Shown here: piece by piece, positions 1-12,600 of the stretch | How the letters are laid out: each line of letters starts with the position of its first letter | How positions within the stretch are numbered: position 1 is the stretch's first letter | Assembly (NCBI GenBank): GCA_030704615.1 | Contig: CM060734.1 | Location: forward strand, 49,662,001 to 49,726,000 | Reading direction: 5' to 3' | DNA from: Takakia lepidozioides | Taxonomy: Eukaryota > Plantae > Bryophyta | Length of the DNA: 64,000 bases | The notes under the pieces: generated by a model | The model's input: only the letters and a program-made list of their open reading frames with translations | The model's database searches: none | Told to the model about the DNA's origin: nothing | Program-made: the position numbers and the translations under genes

Positions 1-67
1 TCAACCAATTCCAGCTTCGGAGATTGGCAACATAACTAGCCCCAACAGTTCCTCGGGCGCTGGCCCA

Positions 68-1739
68 ATGGAGGGATCGCTTGCAAAAGTAGCTGCAATA
101 CAGAGGGCGCTTAGCAGGGAGCATGATCACCCTCTTGTTGACGTCGAACTCACCTACGTTGACTCGAACGCAGAAGATATCAAAAGAAAAAGGGTGTTGC
201 TGCACTTCCCTGGCAAGAAGGTTGACAGGAATCACGCGCGGGATTGGGCAATAAAGCATCTAGGGGGTACTAGCGATCTGAACCATTACTTCTGTCAAGC
301 ACAAGGAAGGGGTTTTTTCTCCATCTTATTGGATTCTCCAAAGGCGGCGGATAAAGCGCTCTCTTTTAATCCCCATCTGCATGGATTCAACATCAATATC
401 TTCCCATGGTCCAAGGATATGGGCAACAAAAATGGAAACATATGGAATCCAAGGATCCTGACGCTTCCCTACATCCCTGATCACTATCTCTTTAGTCTCC
501 CGGAGATTGGCAACTACTTTGGGACGTTTCTAGGATGTCTGGCCGTGTTTGATCCCAGCATGTGTACCCGATCCTTGAGAGAACAACAACCATGGAGGGG
601 CGCCACAATTGCATCAAGGCCTCGTGAAAACGGATTTCCAAAAATTATTGTAATGATGCCTATTGACACAATTCTGCTAGAATTTATCAGGCTGCCCATT
701 GACAAAATGGGAAATTACTTCTCTGTTGAATTGTCTGAGGATACCTCCTCCATAGCTTGTTGCTACTGCTGGGTTTCAGGGCACCTAAAAGCAGATTGTC
801 CCAAAGCAAAAAGGAAAAGAGAGAATACTATTCGGCTGGGTGCTGAGCAATCTCATTCTACTCGGAGTCTTCCTCTCATGTCTAACTCGGTCCCTGGCGG
901 ACGGCAGTCATTAGCTATTTCCTCAGATAAGATCTACAATGCCCCACCTATGGCAACAGACTGCCAGGAAGGAGCTACGGATGCCCAACAAATATCTACC
1001 TCCCCTCCCGCCAGAAAATGAAGGATTTGTTGGACTCTATGCTGCTTGAAGCCTCTTCGAAATGTGCTATCAGGGAAAACAAGTTCAAGGGGATCATCGA
1101 ATGGGAAATTGAGGCCGCCACAAAGAAGGGAACACTTGACGCCTCCACCTCCAGGATTCTAAAGAGGCAGCCAATCGTCCAGCACACCAGGCCCCTCCCA
1201 TGGCCCTCCGCCATTGCTCACAACCCTGTTATTGCAAAAATCTGCGCGAAACTAAAATCCTTCCCTTCCCTGGCCCTTAGGGGATGCTCACCCCAGGGTT
1301 CGACCCATCGCTGGATCCGGTGGCCACATGCCTCACTCCACTGATCTTCAGAAGGAAGCCAAGCCCGGCTTTCTTGGTTACGGCACCAAACCGCATGCAT
1401 ATGGACTCAATTTGGATCACAACAATGGACGTGCAGAATTTCATAGCAAAATGCCCCATGGACAGCAGTCCAATCCCAGCAATGTGCAACAAAATCAGGG
1501 ACTATTTCCTCTCCTCTTATCCACTTTTCACCTTGGCCTCACCCTCGGTGATTACATGGGGCACCTACGTGAAGGCATTTCCTGGGTTAAGTCATGATCT
1601 CACTCCAAACACCCACATCCTCGCGGTAATGGAAGAAGAACACCTTCGAGGCAATGGCGGCACTACGCCCGGGGTCTGGGCAAAACCCACTCATTTCGAC
1701 GAACCCTGCGCGACTACTAAAACACTGGCAAGAGCATGA
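68..1739 (+). mobile_element. L1-type LINE ORF1 (degenerate), with zinc knuckle
   Basis: ORF 68..1021 has a plant L1 ORF1-like GRGFFSILL...FPW segment and a CCHC knuckle CYCWVSGHLKADC. Frameshifted low-complexity continuation follows, upstream of an APE-type ORF2. Confidence 0.75.
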
Positions 1740-2540
1740 GACATTATCCACAATGCTTTCACGATTCTGTATGCAATCTTGGAGACCGAAAGAGATGCAG
1801 AAAATGAAGCAATTGAAAGCAGGCGCCTCTCGGAGACAATCAATCCCACCTACGACCCCTTCGGCTCCACTTCTGCTTCCAGCTCTTCGGAGCTACAGCT
1901 ATCTTAGATTTGCACTCAATGGGCTCCACTCTCTTCCCAGCATTCCTTGCATGCGGACCCCCTTCCACAAGCTTGGCAGACTCAGCTGCCGTCCCCAACT
2001 CCAGCACCGCTATCTTTCACATCTCTCCCTGTGAGTCCACACCCCCACTCCCAGCCGATTCCATTGCTTGTTTTCTCTTCTATCTCTAACAATAAGCGCA
2101 GATGCAGAATCTTTGTCTGTCATCCTTCAAAAACCCTCTACGGTCCCGTAAACTTCTCCCAACCATTCTCCCTCACCCCCATCAGCAGCTCTATCACCAT
2201 GAAGAAACAGAAGCTCTTCCCTGTCAAACCTCCACCCCTTTCATTCATTACCAGCTCTTGGACCTCCTTCCCAACATAGCCATCTCGGACTTCTCCTTAT
2301 TTTCTTCCATGCAATCTTGTGTTAGATTTGCTCCTCTGGACTGCCTAGGAGCTCCTATCCCTGGAATGGCATTCACACCGATTATGCTAGTTCAACTCTA
2401 CTCACCATGCCACCACACTCCCATTAATTGCCATTGGTCTTCCTCCCTCCTCCCATCGGACAAAAGAACCAGATTTCGCTACTTCACCAACAAGCCATCA
2501 ATTGAGAATCATATATTTCCCAGCCTATCAACCTCTCCTG

Positions 2541-4031
2541 ATGCAGGTTAACCTATTCTCTTGGAACATTAGAGGGCTTGGATCCGACCAAATGGCACTT
2601 AAAAAAATCAAACTATCAGCCTGGCTGACCCCATTGATTCCCTCTCTTCTCCAAGAACACAAACTCTCTGAAACCGGAGTCTCACCGGAGTCTCACCAAC
2701 CAACTCTGGCCCAAACCCTCTTCGCTCTGGGAGCCCACCTATGAAACTACCAAGGGAGGCACTGCCATCCTCCTATCACCTTCCCTAAAGCAATTCCTCC
2801 TTAAAGATGAGGTGTGGGAACCGGGCAGAGTTCAGTTCTGCTCTATCCTCTTCCCCAACGACTCCGAGCCCACTGGCTTCGTCAAGATCTACGCTCCAAA
2901 CTCTGCCCTTGACCAAACAGCCTTATGGTCCAGAATCAGCAACCTTATGGCCGACCAGCCAAGCATCCACAAATGGATCCTAGTGGGCAACTTCAACATG
3001 GTTGAAATTGCTCAGGATAGGAAGGGCCCCGGCTCACATTACCTCACTCCAGAAGAGGAAAATGCCTGGCATAACCTCACCCAAACACACAATCTTATAG
3101 AGATAGAGAACCCACCCTTCAATCCCAACACCTCAGTCCCCTTCTTCACCTGGACCAATAACAGAGGCATCAATGACCTCTGCATGGCTAGACTTGATCG
3201 TTTTTACGTCTCACTTTCTCTTTCACCCTTCGCCTCCCCTGCTCCACAAGATCCCATCCCTCAAGGGTTTGATCATGCCATAATTGCCGCTTCTATCAAC
3301 ATCCCAAACACTTATCCTAGAGGGAGAGGTCTCTTCAAGTTAAATACCTCTCACCTTCGCATTCCTTCATTCGTTGAAGGTCTTAAGTTGACATGGTTGT
3401 CTGCTGGGAATGATCTGGAATGCCCGGTGCTTCGATTTCAGGCTAAGCTCAACGCAACCTGTAAAGACAGCCAGCAGCGCAGCAAAGACATCACCGAGGC
3501 CCAGAAAATGAAAGCTTTGGCCTTCAAAAAGTGCCTAGGAATCTGTCAGAAAACAATTCAAGCTAATGCCTGCGATGAGCATACATACCAAACCTACCTG
3601 GAAGCCAGACTTAACCTAGAAAGTTATCATGTCCAGAAGGAAAAAAAGATGAAGATTCAAGCAGGCATAAACTGGTCCACCAAGGGTGAGAAAATGTCCA
3701 AGTACTTTTTCCAAAAAATGAAGCAAAGAGGGGCCCTTCAAGCCATCTCTGAACTCTACACAGATGAAAGGGGGGCTAAATCGTCTAACCCTAGAGACAT
3801 GTGTACTTCAGCTTTCCAGCACTTCTAGTCCTTGTTCAGAGCTAATGACAGGGACCCCCTCTACCACATCCGCTTGGAAGAATGTCTCTGAACTATTCCC
3901 CGCTCAATCCATCCCTCATGTCGCTCAGCCTTGGAGGAGCAGTTCACCGCCAAGGAACTAAGGGATGCCCTAAATCACATGAAAAATGACAAGGCACCGG
4001 GGATAGATGGAATGTTCTACAAGGCAGTATG
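2541..4031 (+). mobile_element. L1-type LINE ORF2 (APE endonuclease to start of RT), broken and truncated by LTR insertion
   Basis: APE motifs SWNIRGL, LQEHK, IYAPN, GNFN, FTW, RLDRF, FDH; then FKLN, W..KGEK.SKYFF and KAPGIDG. Stops abruptly at TGTCAC (4032). Confidence 0.9.
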
Positions 4032-4750
4032 TGTCACGGACATAGCCCAGAGGAACTTACCAGGAGTAAATACCAGAAATTACCAAGTTTACATGTTACC
4101 AAAAATTATCATGATTTATTGTGATTTACCATTATTTACTAGTCCACAGTTGATGGCATATGTACCTCCCTAGCTCAGAGCGGGAGATATTTTCGGACCC
4201 AGCCAGATCCACGAGATTATTTACCAAGTTACCGGGAGTTTACCAAATTACCAAGAGTAACTTGGAAAATTGCTCAAGAAACTTCCTTGGAGGAAACTTC
4301 TCCATCAAGATACCTCTTTTGTTTAAGGAAGCTTCTCCATCAAGAAACCTTTGTTTAATCTTGAAAACTTCTCCAGCAAGAAACCTCCATAGGGAAAGCT
4401 TCTTAGGGACGTTTTTCTTAGTAGCCAGTATATATAGGAGGCGAGACTGAACACTCTTCAGTCTCGCCAACACCAGTTCAAGCTACTTTTATTCCCAGTT
4501 TCCAGTACTCCAGTCCAGTTCCCAGAACCCTAGCCCAGTTTCCAGTATCTGGTACTCCAGTCCAGTTTCCAGCATTTCCAGTATTCAAGTCGTGTTCCAA
4601 TATCTTATACTCTTGTTCATTGTTATAAAGATTGTCTTGATTCTTATTTACTCATCATGCATTCGGCCACGCCGGCCTTGACTTCTTGTCTAGTCCTGTA
4701 CCTCTAATCTGATGTCTAGTTTGTGTTTAGTCATATTCTCGTCCTTGATA
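4032..4750 (+). repeat. 5' LTR of Ty3/gypsy element, copy A
   Basis: Starts TGTCACGG and ends CCTTGATA (CCTTGACA in copy B). TATATA near 4430. Near-identical in reverse complement to 13892-14535. Confidence 0.85.
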
Positions 4751-4788
4751 GTTTGGCGAGACTAAAGTTTGTTCCTTAGTTAGTTAAG

Positions 4789-5558
4789 ATGGAAGACACA
4801 TTTGCGGAAATTGTCGTCATATTGAAGAGTCTTCAGCTCCAAATGCAAGAACTTCGTGCCTCTACTGCCCAACTACAAGCTGATCAGTCTCAAGATCTTG
4901 GCAACGCTCTCAACAATTTGCAACAACAAATTTCAGAGTCGAACAATGGATCTTCAACCTTACGAGTCCCTACTACAACAAATCCTATTGCAACGGTTCC
5001 TCCAAATCTTCAACACATTACAAGGGAACCAAAGGTCAGCATGCCCGAAAAATTTGATGGGACGAAATCAAGATTTTGCGGTTTTGTTCAACAATTACGA
5101 TTGTTCCTACGATTACATCCACAATGCCACCCTGATGAAGGTATTCAAGTGGGATTTGTGGGCACCCTTCTATCCGGCACTGCCCTATCTTGGTTTGCAC
5201 CGCTATTAATGAAAAATTCACATTTACTATACAATTTTGAAGCGTTCATGTCCGAGTTCACTGCAACGTTTGGAGAGAATGATAAAGAAAGAGTTGCAGA
5301 GACAAAGATGCGAAATCTTCGACAAGGAGCACGTCCAGCTTCCGTTTATGCTGCCGGATTTTGATAACTTGCGTGCGATCTCGACTGGAATGAGAAGAGT
5401 CTCATTAGTCAGTTTCGATGTGGCCTAAAAGAGGATGTTAAAGATTTGTTGCTGACAATGTCAAACGTGAGTACACTGAGCGAATTCATCACCCAAGTCA
5501 TTGCATGCGATAATCGTTTGTTCGAAAGACGTCAAGAGAAGCGATCTGGATCGTCGAC
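4789..5558 (+). mobile_element. Ty3/gypsy gag, copy A, truncated
   Basis: PEKFDG, LLSGTALSW, LRQG..ASVYAAxF motifs; one premature stop. Homology to copy B ends near GTCGAC (5558). Confidence 0.9.
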
Positions 5559-7745
5559 AATATTTTGACCCCTTCTTTGCTTCCATCAACGAGAAGTCCG
5601 TACAATTGCAAGTCGGCTCCACTCCAATCGTAATTGTGTATACGTCGTCGCATACAGCTGAGCCGGCCGTTGCCATCCGATAAACACGCCCAAGGTCGGG
5701 TGGGGGTATATCCACAGAGCTCTGAATAGTCCAAGCCATCCCAAGAGCATTGGCAATCCGAGTCTCATTCAACTTGTTGGGAGGGTGTCGTCTCTTCACT
5801 CTTCCGAATCGCATTGTGGGATGTGCAGAATTGTCCAATACGTCTTTACTGGACCGAGCAGTCTGCAATGGCTGGGTCCGAGGAACTGGAAACGACTGGG
5901 CCGGGACGTCTGTGCATTGCACCATTCAAAATCCTGCTGCAGAAAGAGCATCCGCCTCATTCTAAGAGAGGTTGCAACTCGGTGCAACAGACCAGACGCC
6001 CGGAGGCTCCGGCATTCCCTGAATCCCGTACGTAGGCTTGCCAAATACACAGGTCATTATGTCGTGCCTACAGAACCAAAATGTCTGCGTTGTGGCATGA
6101 GAGAATGTGGGAGTCAAAAATCTGCCGTTGAAACAAGGTGCAGGTACAGCACCGTGTGGATTCCTCCGAATCATCTCACCACAACGTGCTCTCGTATCCA
6201 CCCAGATGGCGCAGCACTTCCCTCGAAATGCCGGCAATGTCCTTGCAATTCTCCATTGTGACTCCGACACTCTTGTCTCCACAATGGGTATGTTGTATTG
6301 CGTTACTACAGATGGATGGTTATGTTCCTCGGGCACGTGCCCTGTGCTCAAAAGAGATGGCGATCGTGAACATGCAGGACTAGCGGTGTTCGACGAGACC
6401 TCCTCAGGCAACATCACGGGACCACGAGGGAGCGTGCGAATATTCTTGTCAGCTCGCCATGAATCCTCTTCTCCGTTAGGTGCCTCGTCAAGTCTTCGTC
6501 TCACTGGATGGGTGTGAACATCTCCTTCCAAGTGTTGGCCTCTTCGAAGCAATGGCGTGTTCCGAAGGCCCTCTCGCAAGGCTGCCGCCCACTTGCGAGG
6601 ATTCTTCGATCTGGAGGCAGTCTGCATCAGCATTTCTTGCCTGTCCGGCCCCAAGCCCCACTATTTCCCTTTCAAGAACTCGTTGTACCTGCATTGCTGC
6701 ATAATTGACCTCACAATGTCCTCCGTTGTGGCAGTGAGGATGTCCACCAGATGCGCCGCAGAGGAGGCACGCCAGGAAGAATGTACTGATTCGGCCATGT
6801 TTGTTGTCGGCATGTCGGTGTCGGAGTCCAGACACATTTCCTGCACATGCACATGTTGAGGTTACAAGCAAGTTACAAATAATGACTAGCATAATATTGA
6901 ACGGGACATGAATTCGTCCAACTCACCTCCCGCATATAGTCGCCGAACTGGAGGAAACGATAATGCCACCATGCTAGCCAACTGACCATTGCTCCCTCGT
7001 CTGATTTCTTTACAGCACCTGACGTTGTCCACCAAGCCCGTATACATGCAAACTGTGTCTCTACATCATCCAAGGTGGGAGCACGCTTCCACACAAGACA
7101 CATGGAACGGTGCTCTTCTCTGAAATCTAGCGCCACGAGCCGGGTTGTGTACTGCGACAAGCTCTGCAGAAAATGGAACCCACAAGATCTCTCCTTGCCT
7201 TCCATCGGAACATTGGGGTCTTCCCCGTACACCCTTCGGATGGCAGCCCAATTTGCTTGTGCGTTGTCCGCCATGAAACCACGGAAATTGGGAGGGGGCA
7301 ATCCCGCCCTGGCCATCTGTTCGTTTATTCCCTGCCAAAAAAGCATCTCCGATTGTGTGTCCTCTCCTTTCATCTCACAAATAGCAATTGTCATTAGCAT
7401 CCTGCAGTTGGTGTCGTAGACATGTGCAGCCATTGTCACCCATTGGTGATTTGTAATTCGCTTGATATGGTCGAACTTGACCCAACTGTTTGACAAGTCC
7501 CCACTCGTCATCTGGTCGACCAGTTCGACGCCGCTGCCAGGCCCACACGTGGACATTTTGAATACGAAACAACGATCTGCCTCAATCCCTTGTCCAGGAA
7601 ACCTACTTCCATGAATGTAGTCATATCCACATCGTCGATTCACCTCCAGAATGGAGTGCATATCCGAGCCACGCCCAATTTTCTGTTTGCAGGAGACAAT
7701 GTGGTTTCGGACATTCGGTGAACAGACGTGGGACGCTGACTTTGC
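5559..7745 (-). mobile_element. MULE-type transposase gene with Cys-rich domain and SWIM finger, truncated at both ends
   Basis: VKFDH (D1), FMADNA (D2), SCGFH (CxxH), then a GT..AG intron near 6843-6926 and TTNMAES (E). Downstream WRIAR..C..FWFC domain and SWIM start PTCNCTDF. Confidence 0.8.
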
Positions 7746-7802
7746 GTGCTTGCTTCCAGGTCTGTGGATAATGCGAAATTCAAAATCCTGGAGCGTCACT
7801 CA
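7746..7802 (-). mobile_element. Sliver of gypsy RNase H C-terminus
   Basis: Translates LQDFEFRIIHRPGSKHA, fused in frame to the MULE ORF. Confidence 0.6.
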
Positions 7803-7879
7803 CAGTTGATAAAATCAGGCACCTCAACCATGACCACACTTCTGAAAGAGGATCAAGAGAGGGAGTCCACAATGTTTTT

Positions 7880-8818
7880 CTACTCAACACCCTTGTCAAC
7901 ATGTATGTTATGTGCGGGAGCATCATCGATGCTCACCAAGTGTTCAACAGAATGCCTCAACGATCTTTGATCACGTGGAATATAATGTTGGCAGGATGCA
8001 ATGAGTGTCCAAGCCTGCGAGCTCTGAAAAAGGGGAAAGAGGTCCATGGTGACATTGTCAAAGCTGGAATTGTACCAGATGTCATTCTGAACACTCCCCT
8101 GGTGGACATGTATGCCAAATGTGGGTGCATTAAGGATGCGAAGGGAGTTTCCATGGCTGAACGAGGTGTGGTGTCGTGGAGTGCGGTGCTTGTAGGGTAT
8201 GCACAGCAGGGACGTGGTATAGAAACTTTGGAGACCTATGATCAAATGATGGGGGAAGGGGTGAAGCCCGACCACATCACATTTGTGTACATTTGCAATG
8301 CGTGTGCAAGCCTGTCAGCTCTGGAAAAGGGCAAAGAGGTCCATGGCGACATTGTCAGATTTGCAATTGTATCAAATGTCATTATGAACAATACCCTCGT
8401 GGACATGTATGAAGGGAGTGTTCGACGGTATGGCTGAACGAGATGTGCTGTCGTGGAGTGCGATGGTTGCAGGATATGCACAGTAAGGGCATGGGATGGA
8501 GGCTTTGGAGACCTATGAGCAAATGATGTGCGAAGGGGTGAAGCCCGCTTGGCATTGCGTGATGTTGAGGAAGAGCTTAAAGAATCGTCTCTTTGCCACC
8601 ACAATGAGAAGTTGGCCATTGTTTTTGGGCTTATCAACACACCCTCTAGGATGTCTTTGGGGATCATCAGGAATCTTCGGATGTGTGGTGATTGCCACAC
8701 AGCCACCAAATTCATCTCAAAGATAGCTAAGCAAGAGATTGTTGTACGGGATGCAAACCGCTTTCACCACTTCCAAAATGGTGTTTGTTCTTGTGGGAGT
8801 ATTGGTGAAATGAAATGA
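7880..8818 (+). pseudogene. PLS-class PPR-DYW RNA-editing factor pseudogene
   Basis: PLS repeats (LVDMYAKCG, VVSWSA, GVKPDHITF) joined directly to a DYW domain HHNEKLA...NLRMCGDCH...RDANRFHHF..GVCSCG; frameshifts, E domain missing. Confidence 0.9.
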
Positions 8819-9611
8819 TTGTCACCTAATTGAATGTATTGAACTCTGTCAATTGTGAGTTAGGTTGGACTCCAACAGTGGCAGCAAAAGCGCACGAAAT
8901 ATCTTTTGGAGAGGAATTCTCAATAGTAGGGTTTGAACATAATTGGACACTCCCCGTCTCTACTGCCCTCTCCCCAGCTTCACCTCGAACTTCCACAATC
9001 CGTGCTCTTTGTGGTGTTCTTTCCCCTCCTCCAGTCTCCACCGTATGGGTAATTTGGTGGGCCGCTCCCACCCGCGATGGTGTAACCGGTGTGTTACTGC
9101 CTGTTTGTGGTGTCTTGGAGGGATCCACCGTCTCTATACGTCCCTCGCTTACATGGACATCTGTCATTTCGACAACCCTGGCATCTTGAGTGGCCTTTTC
9201 TCTTGCCTCCTGGCTACCCTTATGTCTCGCCTGTTCTTTTGCCCTCTCTTTTGCCCTCTCACGGGCCTTCTGTTTCTTACTAGGGGTAGCAGCAGGGGAG
9301 GCCTCCAGGACGACCACCTTTGATTGAGGCGAACTGACATCCTCATGCGCCCTGCTCACTCCCCCCTCCGCAGCCCGTGACGGCTCTCTCGCCGGGGATT
9401 GCATGTGCTTGGCTTTCTTCTTCTTCTTTGCGTGGGCGGGCCCTACTGCATGTGCATCAACTTCCTCCATTGCCGGATCTGATGTCCTCATCCGACGCCC
9501 TTCACCTGCCATGCCGCTTGCACCAACCTCCCCAATGCCTATTCTCTGCAGGTCCTCCCGTCCACCAACAAAAGGATTTAGTTTGCCCTCCCGCCCCAAG
9601 TTGGGCGATCC

Positions 9612-12600
9612 AAATAGATGCACATACTTCGTGGGAGTTCAAGCCGAAAACTGACCGGATTTATTTGTCGAATAATTTTGAATGATCCCAGGCGTTGATA
9701 ATCCAACTTCCTTGATGGTCGCGAGGTTTGTATGTCCCGTCGAAGAAGCCACACACGATCTCTGACCTTGAACTGGGGTTGGAGTTGGCGACGTTGATCT
9801 GCATACTCCTTGTATTGTTTTCAAACTTCTGCGAGGTGGAATGTAAGCTTCTTGTGAATCATAGCAAGATGAATAACAAGGTTTTCTGCGGCAGGGCTTC
9901 CAATAGTCTTCATGTAGAAAGGGTTTGCTCGAGGATGACGACCATAATTGGAGAAAAATGGAGTTTGTTTGGTCGAAAAATGTATAGTGTTGTTGTAGGC
10001 AAACTCAGCCAATGACAGAAGGTCCGTTCAATTATCTTGGTGATAATTTATCGTACAGCGAAGATACTGCTCCAAAATTTGGTTTACACGTTCGGTTTGA
10101 CCATCAGTCTGTGGATGATTAGCTGTAGAGAGGTTGATCTTAGTATCCAATATGTGAAATAATCCCCTCTAAAAATTTGATATGAACTGTGGTCCTCGAT
10201 CAAATACGATGTCCTTCGGGAGTCCATGAATGCGGTAGATATTATTGAGGAAGAGTCTTGCAGTTTCCTCGCCGGTAACCGTCTTATTACATGGAATGAA
10301 ATGTGTCATATTTGTAAAACGATCTACAATAACAAGGATTGAATCGGTGGTCTTGGAAATTGGAAAGTCCGTAATAAAGTCCATAGACCCGGACGACCAT
10401 AGACCCTTGGGAATGGGTAATGGTTGAAGAAGGCCGTAAGGTCGATGTCGTGGTCCATTCGCTCTAGCACAAGTGTCGTAAAATTTTATAAATTCTTTCA
10501 CGAGTTTCCACATCTGCGGCCACCAATAGTCCTTGGATATCAATTCCATTGTTTTGTTGAAGTCGAAATGTCCTGCAGCCGGAAGATCATGACATGTTTG
10601 AAGAATTCAAAGTTGTGTAGGTCCTAGAGGTACATAGAGAAGTCCCTTGAAATAAAGTAAGTCATCTTTGAATTCGAAGTCGTTTGTAACATGTGGGTTG
10701 TCTCGAGGTCGATTTAGTTGACTTCGTAGTGTTGTAGCAAATTGGTCGCTCTTTAGTGCTTCCTGAATCTCTTGTATGATCTCTACATCGTCATAGGTGG
10801 ACATGGATAACATATTCACTTGGAGATTTGCTGGTTTCAAGATGATGGATTTCTGTTGGTCAAAAGCTGCATCCCCTTCTTTTGGCGCAAGATAAGATCG
10901 TCGAGAAAGAGCATCTGGTTTTCCTTGAAGATGTCTGGGACGGTAAGTTATAACAAAATCAAACCTTGCTAGTGACATACTCCATCTCGTTTGATGTCGA
11001 TTCAAAACACGAGCACTCATAAAATACTCGAGGTTTTTGTGATTGGTATAGACTGTGACCTGATGTTTAGCTCCCTCCAATAAATGACGTCACTCCTCAA
11101 AAGCATTGATAATCGCTAGAAGTTCTTTGTCATGGATTCCATAATTGATCTCCGCAGCGGAAAATTTGTGAGAACGAAAATCAACAGGGTGAAGTCAGCC
11201 ATTTGTACCATATTGAGAGAGTACCGCACCAAGTGCTAAGTCCGATGCATCTGCTTCCAAAAAGAATGGTTTAGATGGGTCTGCATGTACCAGTATTGGA
11301 GCCGTTGTAAATGTCTACTTCAGTCTTTTAAATGCTTGGTCAACCTTATCGTCCCATACAAATTTGTCCTTCCCTGTGAGTCGTGTCAATGGTGCAACAA
11401 TTTTGGAGTAGTCATTGATGAAGATTCTATAGAAATTTGCAAATCTTAGAAAACATTGTACATCTCGGACCGAAGTTGGTTTAATCCACTCGATGATGGT
11501 TTGTATTTTCTTCTGATCCATAAAGACTCATTTGTCGGAAATAATGTAGCCCAAAAATTCGACTTCAGATTGGTGGAAAAAACATTTTTCCAACTTGGCA
11601 TATAGGTTTTTTTTCCCTCAATTTATCAAGGACAAGACGTACATGGCGACCATGTTCTTCTTTATTATATGAAAATATCAAAATGTCGTCCAAATAAATG
11701 ACTACAAAGTCATCTAAAATTTCTCGAAAGATGTCATTCAAATATGTGTTGAAAAATTGCTAGAGCATTTGTAAGACCAAAAGGCATAACTGTGTATTCG
11801 AAATGTCTGTACCTTGTGCAAAAAACAGTCTTCCATTCGTCTCCTTCTTTTATTTGTACAAGGTAGTAAGCTCATCTCAAATCGATCTTTGTGAAAAAAT
11901 TTGCTCGTCTAAGTTGTTCGAGGAGTCCGGAAATCAACGGTAGTGGGTAACGATTTTTTATAGTGACTTTGTTCAGCCCACGATAGCCCACACACATGCG
12001 TAACGATCCGTCTTTCTTCTTCACAAATAAGATAGGTGCTCCCGCGGGTGATTTCGAATGTCGAATAAATTTTTTTGACAAATTATTCGCGTAAAGCAGC
12101 CAGCTCCGTCTGAGAAAAATTGTAGATCGGGCCGAATGGTGGTTGAGCTCCTTCTTGCAACTCAATTGCACAATCATAAGGTCGATGTTCTGACAACATG
12201 TCTGATTTTTCTTCTCGAAGACATCCTTGAAATCTTGATATTGAGTGGGTAATGTCGAAGTACCTTGGTCTGTTGTGGTTTTGATCGGAGTCACATAAAG
12301 TGCAAATGTCGCGTCTTTCTTCGTAGCTCTCATGAAGGCTCTAGCTCCAAGAAACAGGGGTTGAATACCTTTCGTACTTTTGCATTTTTGTCTTGCCGAA
12401 ATTTCTCGTGATCGCCAGTCGATGTCAGGATTATGAAGTTCAAACCAAGGAAGTCCAAGGATCACAGGATTCGTTGGAGACTGGATGACATTGAAAACAA
12501 TATGTGATGCTTGATTTTTAAGCTTCACTTCAAGGGGTTGAGTTTCATGGTCAATATTTCCTGATGCTAACGGTTGTCCATCGATGACTTCAACAGGGGC

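Noticed and set aside
8826-9623. 265-aa ORF as a host gene
   Set aside because: Low-complexity, no recognisable domain, and its start is created by the junction with the gypsy integrase; probably a TE fragment.
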